Assembly (NCBI GenBank): GCA_964016885.1 | Contig: OZ024742.1 | Coordinates: 335,916,001-335,980,000, forward strand | DNA from: Eledone cirrhosa | Taxonomy: Eukaryota | Direction of reading: 5' to 3' | DNA: 64,000 nt | Shown here: positions 1-11,570 of the stretch, one piece after another | How the letters are laid out: every line of letters starts with the position of its first letter | Position numbering within the stretch: position 1 is the first letter of the stretch | Notes under the pieces: model-generated | Told to the model about the DNA's origin: nothing | The model's input: only the letters and a program-made list of their open reading frames with translations | The model's database searches: none | Made by a program: the position numbers and the translations under genes

Positions 1-508
1 GAGAAGTGGTATGAGCATAAGCCAGGTGATAGAAAACGATCAGGTGAAGGTGCTGTGGGATTTTAGGGTACAGACGGACAAGAAACTGGAACACAATAGA
101 CTTTACCTGGTGGTTTTGGACAAAGAAAATAGATCGTGCCTGATTGTGGATGTTGCCTTCCCATTCGACACGAGAGTGCAAGAGAAGGAGAGGGAGAAAA
201 TTAACCGATACCAGGACTTAAAGTGGGAGGTAAAAAGGATTTGGAACTGCCATGAAGTCAAAGTGATCCCGATTGTCATAGGCGCACTAGGGACTATCAC
301 AAAAGGTTTCCAGGGATGGTTAAAGAAAATTGGCCCCTTCACGCTTTTTGGAACGCTTCGAAAGGCATGCTTGCTGGGAACAGCAAGAACCCTCCGATAC
401 GTCCTGAATATCTGAGGCTGCAGGTAGTGGCTTGATATTCATTTCAACAAACTTTCCAGTTAACTAACATCAATGACTGAGACTCAAAGAGTAATAACAA
501 TAATAATG
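1..508 (+). mobile_element. 3' end of R4/Dong-clade non-LTR retrotransposon (restriction-like endonuclease domain, 3' UTR, TAA-type tail)
   Basis: ORF 11..415 reads LWDFRVQTDKKLEHNRxxLVVLDK...IVDVAFP...EKINRYQDL...PIVIGALG, the RLE C-terminus typical of R4/Dong; followed by a short UTR and gtaataacaataataat. Confidence 0.85.
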
Positions 509-758
509 ATTTCTTTATTAACCACAAGGGTTTACATAAAGTAGACATTAAGGACAGTGCAGGACAATACAGGGCGGTACAAATGGGCATTTCTGCGTGT
601 AAAAAACAAAAACAGAGGATGTAACAATAAAATAACAATGAAAAATTCCCCAATAGGGGGGAGACTTCGGAGGGACATTTGTGGAGAAAGCCCAGTAAAA
701 GGCCACAGTGACCCTGACTACCAAAGCAAGTGCCCTCTCCCAGTTTTCCACCTTTAAT

Positions 759-3700
759 TTACAGATACGTACTCAGAGTAGGCCCATTCACTCGGGCAAT
801 TCTTGCTTCTCTCACCCATCTTTCAACAAAATGCTGCGAAGAGAGCACTTCCCTCTCTACTCTGATTTTCCTTTTCAAATGAAATTTGAAAAAGTCAATC
901 AGGGCATCACCAAAGAGGTAAGTGCTCGTCTTCAGCCCTTTCAAACGTGTCCACCATACTATCTCTTTCGCCATGGCCACCAGACAGATAAAAACTGCCT
1001 GCCCTTCCCGGCTAAAGGAAGAGAGCGGGGCAATCCTCACGATGGACTCAGATGATAGCCGGATCCATCCTACACGCGACAGCAGGTGTTCGACATAAAC
1101 CCACAAGTCAGGAATTTTCGGACACTGGACGAGTGCGTGCAGGACGGTTTCGTCGCACTGCGCGCATCTCGGACATGCCCGGCTGACGGCACCTCCATGC
1201 CTGTAGAGTTTATCCCGAACTGGCAAGGCTCCTCGGTAGCACTGCCAGGCCAGAGATTTCTGGAAATTGTCCATAGGTCCCGGCCCGAAAGTTCTCCCGA
1301 AGAGATTGGCTAGTTGATTTTCGTCGACGCTTAGAGTTTCTCCAAGTACGTCGTCGCTCTTCCCCTCCACTAATCCTCTATAGAACGCCGAGGTGGAGTT
1401 TCCACCGATCACATTGCCCGATTGGTCGAGGGCTGTGAGCGCCTGAAGACATTCCAGTCTCCAGGCGCTCCCTCTCGGTCTTCGCTTGACCCAGGACTGC
1501 AGCCCCGTCAAGGAAACGAGCTGGGGAAATACGTGTCTAGCAAACGGCGACCACATATGATCACCGTCGAGGAAGAGGTGGAGATGTCGTAGCCTGAGCG
1601 CGTGTCTGCGCATCATCAGCCACGGCATTCCCAGCCCTCCACGTAGCGGGTGTTGACAGCAGATGGACCGCCTGACCATCGGAGCGCGTCCCTTCCACAA
1701 AAAGCGAAAGAGCAAACGCTACAGGGCAGTCAGGCGGGGCTTGAGACAAGGTACGATGGTCAGGCTGTAGCAGATGACAGACGCGATGTACGCGTTAGCC
1801 ACCTCCGCTCGACCTTTCAGGGATAGCTTCCTCTCCGCCCATGTCTGGGTGAGAGAAGCCACCCTGCTCGTCACCTCGTCCCAGTTTTTGACCGTCTGGA
1901 GGTCCGGACCGAACCAGACCCCTAGCAATTTAACCGGTCCGTCCGTCCAGCGTCCGACGACGCTGTTGGACGGCATGGACCTGCCTCTCCAGGTGCCGAG
2001 CTGCAGGTCCACTGACTTTTCCTGGTTGATCATTGCTCCTGTCACCGCTTCGTATTCTCTTAGTGTAGTGCGGATCGCCTCGATGTGTTTGGCGTTCGAC
2101 ACCACTACGGTGACATCGTCTGCATATGCTGACACGGATCGCCCTTCAACGTCTGCATATGCTGACACGGGACGCCCCTCAACGTCTCCAGTTTGTGCAG
2201 TAATGGCTCGAGAGTCAATACGTACAAGAGGGACGAGAGGGGACATCCTTGGCGGCCGAGCACATGATGTTGAACGGTTCCGAAAGGTGACCGTTCACTC
2301 TCACCACAGAGCAGATGTCGCTGTGCATGGCAGCGATCCAGCCTCTGAAGACGGACCCAAAGCCAGCCGCCCTCAGGACTGCCGCTAGGTAACGATGGTC
2401 GACCCTATCGAAAGCTTTCGACTGATCTAAATTGATCAAGGACCCACCCGTGCCAGGTTCCCTAGCTACCGTCTCTACGATGTATCGCATGAGGTGGAGG
2501 TTGTGGTGGATGGATCTGTCGGGAATGGCGCATGTCTGCGCCTCTCCCACCAGACCACCAACGACAAGCGCCAACCTCTTTGCTAGCACCTTGGCCAAAA
2601 TCTTGAACTCTGTGTTTAGCAGAGTTATGGGCCGGAAATTATCGATGTTATCCCCCTTGTTCGGATCCGTTCTCAGCAGTGCCACCGCTCCTCGGTTCAC
2701 AGAACTGGGAATTCTCCCGTTCTGTTGCCAGTTGCAGTAGACGTCCGCCAAGAGGCCTCCGAACAAGTCTGGCATCTGTACGTAAAGTTCATAGGGCAGA
2801 CCATCCAAACCAGGCGATTTACCCCTTGTGCAGCCAGTCATTGACTCCCTTACTTCAGCGGATGTTATCGGCTTTTCGCAACACTCCGTCTCAGTGGCCG
2901 AGAGCCGCGGCAGTCCGTCGAGGTAGACACTAAAGTCCATCCCTCGACCCGGCCCACCTCTGCCCCCGAACAGCTGAGCTAAGTGTCGCTGAAAAGCTTC
3001 ACACATTTTCCCGGGATCGAGTAGCATGCGCCCGTCGTGGTCCACCAAAGACCGGATCGTGGGTTTGTTGCCACGACGCGCCTCCGCCACTCGGGCCCAT
3101 TGAATGGCTTTCGTCCCCTCGTGTCTGAGAGCACGCACCCTAGCTCTGACAACGCAGCCTTCGTGCTTTGCATTGAAGAATTGGTCAAGGGCCAATTTCG
3201 CCGCAAACACGTCGGTCGCAATGCCTTTGCTAAGCGCCTCGTCTAATTTTCTAACTAGTTCTCCCTCTGCTCTATTTTTCTCTATTGCTAAAGCCTTACT
3301 AAACCTAATCGATTCTATTCTAATCGCTCTTTTCAGAGCAAACCACCACTTGTTGTTGACGATGGCCCCCGTCAACGCCCGCTTAACTAGTTCGCTAATC
3401 CGGTCTCTGTAGGCCTTGCGCGCTGGTAAGGACGCGTTTAGCTTCCAGTAGCCGGGTCCTCGTCTATGAAGCCTATCTAAGTCAAGCACACAGATCACGA
3501 ATTTGTGGTCCGTGTAGCTGACTATCTTGAATTGTGGACAGCTTATGCTAGACCTATCTATTTCCCTACAAAATACTCTATCTAGATATGATCTGGATGA
3601 CCATATGCGATTTGTCCAAGTCCACATTGGCACATTCGGGAAATCCAATCGGTACCTGTCAGACAGTTCAAAACGCCTGACCAGGTTGGTGAGTCTCTTG

Positions 3701-4186
3701 CACCCTCCACCCTCATCCGCTAATCCCACACAGTCACAGCGTGCATCTAAGATCCCGTTCCAGTCGCCCACTAACACTAAAGAGCGGGACGTTCCAAGAA
3801 AGGTCTCCAGACGCCGGAAGAAATCAGGCCGCCCTGCTCCTGTCGGGGCATAGACGACCACTAGCCTGAAAGCTTGCCCGTCTCCGCTGGTCATGTCCAG
3901 CACCACCAACTTACCCTCTGTGTCCAGGAAGATGGCCCGTATGGCGAGATCCAAACCTCTCCGAAAAAGCATAGCACCCCCCCCCCCCCGATCCATGACG
4001 GCTGGGAGATGCGTACACATCGTAGCCGCCGAAGATCGGTACGAAGGCCCGTGCTTCGGAGATTCTGGTCTCGCTGATGGCCACTACATCTATGTTTAGT
4101 GACCTGAGGTCGTTGAGCAGGTGACCCTGCTTCCATGACGACCCCAAGTCACGCGCATTTATGCTGCCTATTCTGAGTGAGGTCAT
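759..4186 (-). pseudogene. Tx1 ORF2 (APE endonuclease - RT - CCHC), disrupted
   Basis: Fragments with GSINAR, GDWN, SYLDR, TDHK, GPGYWKLN, KSPGLDGLP, FRPITLLN, LDQSKAFDRVDH, YADD, CPRC..HALVQC; frameshifts near 3975 (poly-C) and 2250, stop at 1719. Confidence 0.92.
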
Positions 4187-4221
4187 GTTTAAAATAGAGT
4201 GGAAAAGATGGGAAAGACCAC

Positions 4222-6297
4222 TTACCGTACTTTTCGTAGAGGAGGGATGGTTTTTCCATCCCGTTTCACTTGATCGTCTGGTGAAGGGACCGTTGAATCG
4301 TCCCTTCGGCTGGTCGTCGGCTCTTCTATCAGTATGTCTGAATATACTCTTCGGTTGAGAGTCCCTCCTAGGTCTCTGAAATCACCAACTGCTTAGGAGA
4401 ATTTCGTTTTAACGTTTGTGTATTGTTTCTGTGCTATTTTTAGCAGTCTTATGTTAGTTAGCATTTTGATTGGTGCTGGTATTATGTAGTCGTGTTGTGA
4501 AATGTCTGTGTGTTCAATTGTGTAAGTCATTAGTTTCTTGTTGTGTGTATTTATTGCCGTGCATTTGTTTTTCTGGGGGTGGGGTGTGGTTCTGCTATTT
4601 TCTTGTCGTTGTTGCTGGGTGTGTGTGTTTTGTTGTTGTGTTTGCGATGTTGGTGCTTGTGGTGGTGGTGTTGGAGGTGTTGTTGTTGTTGGCGGTGGGG
4701 TTGTCGCCGGTGGTGATGGTGGTGCTAGTGTGGGTGGTGATGGTGTTGGTGGTGTTGCTGCTATGAATCTCTTTGCAGTAGCCTTTACCCTTTTTTCATT
4801 TCTTTCCTCCCTTTTCGAAGGCGACGATGCGCTGCTTCTGCGTTTGTGCCTTCTTACGACCTTTTGCCATCTCTCTCCCACCTCACACTCCATGTCTGAT
4901 TCTGTGAGGTCGGGGAAGGGTACCAGCTCCACTCTTTCACTTGTTGTTGTTGGTGATGTTTTCACTGGAGTCTCTGTTGCAGCTGCATTTGGTATTGCTG
5001 TTGTTGTTGTTAATACTTCCACTGCTGCTGCTGTTTTTGATTTCCGTGGAGTGGGTATGGGTGGCAACATTCCTGGTTGCCGCTTGTCCTGTTTCTGGTA
5101 GCCGTGGAGCCGGTTTCGGAAGGAGGGGGGGGGGGGGTTCTCCTTTCTCAGGGTCTTCTCGTTGCAGAAGGCCCTGAGGTGAGTCTTCGATCCACAGCGA
5201 AAGCATTTCGGGTGTTAGCCCTCAACACTTATGGGCAGTTGAGTGCCGTTATCGAAGTCTATCACATCCGGGATAGCTTCGATGCACTCCTGGTTGGTTT
5301 GGATTAACATCTCAATGGAGGTGCCGACCCAATCTTCTCTTACTTTTTTCTGTACTTGCAGTACAGTTGTTTTGTCCTCGATTGCGACGAGGACAGACGC
5401 GGCCAGCCAAGAAGGGGCCATCCCGGGGGGGGGGGGGGTCAGTTTGACCCTCACAATTTTTTGCCCGCAGTAGGAGGGCACCAACACCATTTCCTCGCTC
5501 CTTAGGGTCACTAAGGATTGAGCCTTTGCCTCCTGGGGTGTGGCAAAAAGTACGTCTACGGTGGCATATTTCTTGCCTCGGGTGATGTGCGTTTTCCGCT
5601 GCCACACAGACCCCAAGGCTTTTTGTATTTGAGTCTCTGTGGCTCTTTCAACCCTACGGGATTTTGTACTTACTGTACGGTACGTGACCGTACAGTGCTG
5701 TTGGGTTTCGAAAAGTTTTTCGGCTGCCTTGCAGATTGCTCGGTGTCCAGTTTTTGTCACCATCTTCTTCGCTTCCTCTAATTCCTCATTTGTTATGAGG
5801 ATGGTTTCCAGGTTCTTTGCGATACCTGCAAACGAGATTGGTTTTTCTTTGCTGCTGTTGTTGTTGTTGTTGTTGCTGCTGCTGCTGTTGCTGTTGCTGC
5901 TAATGCTGTTGTTGTTTATGCTGCTGCTGATGCTGTTGCAGCTGCTACTGTTGTTTTCCTTCTCACTGTTGCTGCTGCTGCTGTTATTACGGCTGCTACT
6001 GCTATTATTCCTGACGTCAGACGAATGAAATGGATTTTCGTATTTCCCGCACACCTGTTTCGTCGTTGTCGTCGTCGTCGTGGAGAAATCTTGCACGCTT
6101 TGCACGTGATTTTTCTTTTCTGGCGTCGCTTGCGAAAGAGAAGGGAGGGAGAGAGACACATTTAGAGAAGGGAGGGAGAGAGACAATCTTCTCTCTGCTG
6201 TAGTGACGATTGAGGAAGAAGAAGACGGAATGAGTGGGAGTGACCTATGTTTTTCGTAGACATGTTTTTTTTTGTTTAAAATAAATATTGGGCACAA
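4222..6297 (-). pseudogene. Tx1 ORF1 (N/S-rich N-terminus, zinc-knuckle region, P/T-rich tail), disrupted
   Basis: ORFs 6297..5215 and 5070..4393 are homologous to ORF1 at 9753 and 62258 (SFA, YRT..KS, PSYCG, VEG). Confidence 0.8.
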
Positions 6298-6614
6298 AAC
6301 CCCAATAAGCGGTTATTTAACCCCGTGGGCCAAATAACGGGCAGAAAGACCCCTCTCACGAGGAGGAGGGTGTTTTTGTCTACAAGTTGGTTAAAGTTTT
6401 AAATAATTTACAATTGTTATAGCGGTCAAAATTTACAATACCTTACAGAGCCGAGCCTCCGTCAACCATAACATTCAATAATAATAATAATTACAACAAC
6501 AATAATAATAACGACAACAACAACAACAATAATAATATACACATATATATATATATATATATATACACACGCGCACACACATAAACATATCTACACACAC
6601 ACACACGATAGCAA

Positions 6615-8530
6615 CTAACAGCGCTGCGATCGAATGTGGCTTTTTAGCCCAGCCAATGATCTAAAATGTCTTGCACAGAGTTGGCAACCGAAACATTCAC
6701 TGGCAACAGCCGGCTGTGGTTGGAGTTCATGTACATTTGCATGTTGTTTGAGCCCTCCTGCTGATTTACATTCTCTACCACATGTTTGGCAAGCATGATG
6801 AGTAGCATCTCCAACAGCAGCCTGGTAGTCAACCACTGGTCTTACTTTATGACTGCGAAGATGACTTTCGAGTCCAGCTTTGCTTAGGCAGAGTCTCGCA
6901 CAGACGCTGCATGTCAGCGCCATAGGAGGACCTTCGCTGTCTGGAAATGCAACAGCAATGCTCTTCCTCACATCCCGCTTTACTTTCTCGTATGCGATTC
7001 GAGATGCCTCAAAGGCAACTTTTCCCTCATATACCGTCTTTCTCCATTTATTACGATCAGCAGCAACATTTCCCCATGTATCAGCAGAGATGCTAGCGTC
7101 TCTCAAAGAGGCTTTCAAGGAATCCTTATACCTCTTTTTTGGTTTATGTGGAGGTCGTTTTCCTTTAACTAACACTCCATAAAGGAGTTGTTTTGGTATT
7201 CTAGAATCCTTCATCCTGGCAAGGTGATCACTCCAACGGAGTCGTTGCTTAAGCACAAGAGCTTCTATACTGTCACACAGATAACTTTCCAAAATCTCGA
7301 CATCACTTATGTGGTCCCTCCAGTAAACGCCATGAATCCGTCTGAGACACATCTGATGGAAACGCTCCAATTGCTTAAGGTGGTGTCGATATGTGACACA
7401 GGTCTCGCAGGCATAAAGAAGACAAGAGAGCACACATGCCTTGTACACCTTTGCCTTTGTCTTATTGCATATGTCTCGCCTACCCCAGAGTCGCCTTTCT
7501 GGCTTTCCGAAAGCATCACTTGCTTTCTTAATCCTGAGTGGGATTTCATTATCAAGGTTGCTGTATCGATTGACAGTGCTTCCCAGGTAGACAAACTGCT
7601 CAACCACTCCAAGTCGTTTACCATACACATAGATATTTGGTTCACTGTACTGCCTATCAGGGGCAGGTTGGTACTGACGACGGTTTTCTTGAGACTGACA
7701 GTCAATCCTAGGGCAGTGCAAGCGTCAGAAATTGCATTCAAAATGTGCTGCATATCACTCTCTGTGTGCGCTACAAGATCTCAATCATCTGCATACAAGA
7801 GGTCTCTTATGATTGATATAAATACTTTTGTCTTCGCAGCAAAGCGCCTGATGTTAAATATACTGCCTGAGGTTCGATATTGGATGTAAACACCATGCTC
7901 GCAATTCCTGAATGCAATATAGAAAACCATTGCAAAGTATATGGCAAACAGGCTCAATGCTGGAATATCCCCCTGTTTCACTTCATTTTTTACTGAGATA
8001 GGCTCCGACATGTTACCTCCGACATTAACCCAAACCTTCATGTCGTCATGGATAGACCTAACCAAAGCAAGGAACTTATCAGGGCAACCAAGTTTCTGGA
8101 AAACCTTCCATAATGCATTTCTGTTAACAGTATCGAAAGCTTTTGTCAGATCGACAAAAACCTGATACAGATCCAAACCTGGAGCTGTCTAGCTGAGAAG
8201 ATCATATCAGTAGTGCCGCGTCCAGCACGAAAACCAGATTGACTTTCAGGGAGAACACAATCAGCAATGTGTGTCAGCAGACGGTCCAGAAGCACCCTAC
8301 CTAAAACTTTCCCTACGACAGAAAGCAATGATATACCTCTGTAGTTCCCACAATCATTCCTGTTACCCTTTTCCTTGTACAAGACCACCATTACTGCATC
8401 TCTCCAGTCCTCAGGTATGGATTCATTAGCCCATATCATGCCAAACAAAGAGTGAAGATGTTGCAGAAGTTTCTCACCACCATATTGTAGGAGCTCTGTA
8501 TGCCATCCATACCTGGAGACCTTCCACGTA
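6615..8530 (-). mobile_element. 5'-truncated RTE-clade LINE, frameshifted RT with three C-terminal C2H2-type zinc fingers
   Basis: NYRGISLLS, PESQSGFRAGRGT, FVDLTKAFDTV, LYADD, FVYLGS, LLYACET, RLRWSDHLARM, then CxxC-x12-HxxxH motifs. Confidence 0.9.
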
Positions 8531-8784
8531 TGAGTGTCAATAAGTGAGTTTTTATTTTTTTTATTATTTTTTTTTTATACGGGAAGACATAGAATTAGTC
8601 GGGCTGGATACCCGATCGCGCAATTAAACCACTGGGAGTAAAGGACCCCTAGCCCTTGTCAGGGCATTCTTCTAGGAGAAGGCAACTCAGGAAACTGGGT
8701 TAACTCCGACATAAAACCTGCGGCTCAGTAGTTACCGTTGATCTTTTCTTCTTTTCGTGTTATAGCTACTGTCGCTCAGAGAGT

Positions 8785-8884
<100 letters not shown>

Positions 8885-9752
8885 GGGTCGCTCTCGAGTG
8901 CTACTGGTAACATGTAATCCAGTCCAAATTGTCTCATGGTCGGGTCGTCGACTACTAAACCGGCAACCCCACCAAACTTGCTTGGCGAGGAGGGTGATAT
9001 TTGGACACCATGAGGGATGAAATACAAGACCCGGCAAAGGGCGGAGAAACTCAGCAGGGTCAACGGCCATCCAAATATATATATATATATTTTTTTATAC
9101 GTAGAGGTTAAACTCCGAGGCATAAAAAGCTGAGGGCTGTCGTTGTATTTTCCGTGGCAAACATTTGCACCGAAGAATGTATCGTCAGTTCCAAAAAGTG
9201 TGGTTGGTCCTACACAAGCCTTCACCACTTAAAACAAAACTTTATGTGTGTAGTTCAACATCACTTTCTCACATCAACTTTTGTTGGACACTCATACGTC
9301 GGATATCTACGGAAGAGTCCATCATCATATATATATATATACATGTGTGCGTGTGCAAGCTTGTTTTCATACATATTAATATACATAAATATATACACAT
9401 ATATAAATACACACACACACACACACACAGGAATTAATAGACAAAAATATACCTATTTTTTCTTCAAAGTCCCGACTGCGCAGTTTCGTTGATCCATATG
9501 TAACAATTGTGCATTATCTATCTATCTATCTATATCTCTGGGATGGACACACGCGTATAACTTGCTGAGTAAGTTCTGTTTAAATTTCTATAGAAATTCT
9601 TGTCTGATAACTTTAATTTTTGTACCATTTTGTAGAGGGACTGCCAGGTCAAACTTTGATCTGGTCAGTCTCTCAAAATATTCTACGCCTTTAGGCGAAA
9701 TAGTTAAACAAAAAAAAAGTTTTTTCTTGTTGAAAAGTCAATATTTTTTTAA

Positions 9753-11546
9753 ATGGCCGAAGCTTCTTCACCAAAATTCGAAGGAGGAAAGGGGAAGATG
9801 AACTTACAGCTTCGCCCTGCCGCTGTCACAGTAGCAGAGGTCAAGAAGAAAGGCCAGCCAGAGGAAGAATTCTCTCCACCTGTTAACCGACAACTTGACG
9901 TTGCCATGGCAACAACCCAAAGAACCAGCAGCAACAGCAACAACAACAACAATGCGACGGACGAAAACAACACCAATAACAATAACAATAACAACAACAA
10001 CAAGACCAATAACGGTGACAACAACAACAATGATAACAACAACACCACCAACGACAACAACAACACAAACAAACAAAATTTCTCCTTCGCCGAGACGACA
10101 AGGAGAACCCTCGACTATCTGCCAGTAGATATAAGAAAAGCGAAGGAGCTACTGGCGGATGCGAAAAAATATATAGTGTACGGGGAAAATGGTTCATTCA
10201 CAATCCATTCCCCCCCGGAACTAAAAAGCCAGAGACTCCTAAACACGGTCATGTTTAGGACAATCTCGAACAAAAGTAAAAAACCAGCTCAACCATCACA
10301 GAGCGAGATAGAGCTGGTGTTAAAAGACGTCATGAAGGACATCACCTTCATTCAGAAGGATAGACTCTACGGGAGTCTATCCATTCTCATGAAGGACAGG
10401 GACACAGCAGTGAAACTGTCCATCAAACCAATCACACCCACCGCATACACCTTCTACCCTACGTACATGGGTAGAAGAACACAACAAATAAAAATCCACA
10501 CCATCCTGCCGATTATGGACATATGGTGGGTTTTGACAGGTTTTCTGGACCTGGAGGATGACATGCTGGTGTCCATGGGAAAGGCATCGGGGGACGCGTT
10601 CAGTGGAACGAGCCTCGAACTTGTAGTTCAAATGAGGCCCGAAAGGATCGCCCAGATCCCTGAACGCGTCATACTGGATGATCTAACCTTCATCAACATT
10701 ACCGTTGAGGGTAGACGGCCCTCGTGTTACCTCTGCGGAACCAGAGGTCACCTGAGGGCTGTCTGTCCCCAACTTAATAAGAAAACCCCAATCCTGCCTA
10801 CACCACCAACAACTGCACAACCAACACAATCACCACAACAACCACTACAAAAACAACCACCACAGCTCAAACCAAAACAAAACAATGTCCAACCCATCCC
10901 CTCCACTCAAAAAACAAAAACAATTTCCAAAACACCCGTACCGCAAACACAACCCGAAAATATACCCCTCCCCTCCAACGCGGAAGATGACCCTAGTTCG
11001 TCGTCAGACGAGGAGGAGCACTTCTACACAATCAAAAGAAAAAAAAGAAAACACACCTCAGACACACAAATGAAAAAAACCCCTCCCCAAAACATAACAC
11101 TGACACCAACACAAAAGAGCTCACAACAACAGCAAACAAAAAACACCACACAAAAACAAAAACATGCATACACATACATAAACACAAGAAACAAAAAACT
11201 GTTAAACATTGTGTACAACAACAATCTAATAAAAACACAAGGGCCTAACTTCACCCAGGCAGGGGATTTCCCCCACCTCAAAATGATTAAGGCCCCACAG
11301 GACACCTATAAAACTTTAAAAAACAATTTTAAAGAGGACGTGAGTCCCCCCTGCGTCGGGCCCATTAACCGCGTCCTCCTAAAAAACTATCCCACCCCCT
11401 CCCCAAACACCCACACAACTCCAAGCTCCCCAACCACACAACACACTGATGCCCCCACACTTCCACAAACCACCACCCCACCCAACAACCCATCCCCCAC
11501 CCTAATGGAAATTGTGCAGCCCGATACCCGGGACGCAGAGAGGTAA
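9753..11546 (+). CDS. Tx1 ORF1 protein, 597 aa, with CCHC knuckle CYLCGTRGHLRAVC
   Basis: Open 597-codon ORF directly upstream of ORF2; N-rich N-terminus, knuckle, P/T/Q-rich C-terminus. Confidence 0.9.
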   Translation: MAEASSPKFEGGKGKMNLQLRPAAVTVAEVKKKGQPEEEFSPPVNRQLDVAMATTQRTSSNSNNNNNATDENNTNNNNNNNNNKTNNGDNNNNDNNNTTNDNNNTNKQNFSFAETTRRTLDYLPVDIRKAKELLADAKKYIVYGENGSFTIHSPPELKSQRLLNTVMFRTISNKSKKPAQPSQSEIELVLKDVMKDITFIQKDRLYGSLSILMKDRDTAVKLSIKPITPTAYTFYPTYMGRRTQQIKIHTILPIMDIWWVLTGFLDLEDDMLVSMGKASGDAFSGTSLELVVQMRPERIAQIPERVILDDLTFINITVEGRRPSCYLCGTRGHLRAVCPQLNKKTPILPTPPTTAQPTQSPQQPLQKQPPQLKPKQNNVQPIPSTQKTKTISKTPVPQTQPENIPLPSNAEDDPSSSSDEEEHFYTIKRKKRKHTSDTQMKKTPPQNITLTPTQKSSQQQQTKNTTQKQKHAYTYINTRNKKLLNIVYNNNLIKTQGPNFTQAGDFPHLKMIKAPQDTYKTLKNNFKEDVSPPCVGPINRVLLKNYPTPSPNTHTTPSSPTTQHTDAPTLPQTTTPPNNPSPTLMEIVQPDTRDAER

Positions 11547-11570
11547 GTGCCTTTTCTCTTCACCACCAAC

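Larger units (their letters stand above)
509..6477 (-). mobile_element. Full-length, frameshifted Tx1/L1-clade LINE (copy 1), flanked by AAT repeats
   Basis: ORF1 pieces 6297..4393, ORF2 pieces 4186..759, AATAAA near 515 on minus strand, AAT/AAC repeats at 492-508 and from about 6478. Confidence 0.9.

Noticed and set aside
1774-5101. Plus-strand ORFs of 100-200 aa over Tx1 copy 1 (and antisense ORFs over other LINEs)
   Set aside because: Antisense shadows of retrotransposon ORFs with no independent motifs
9145-9195. Minus-strand CUGACGA with a hairpin and GAAA
   Set aside because: No stem I or stem III pairing
11544-11570. Stop-codon readthrough fusing ORF1 and ORF2 (in frame in copy 2)
   Set aside because: Spacers in copies 1 and 3 are 35 and 34 nt, so the frame is not conserved
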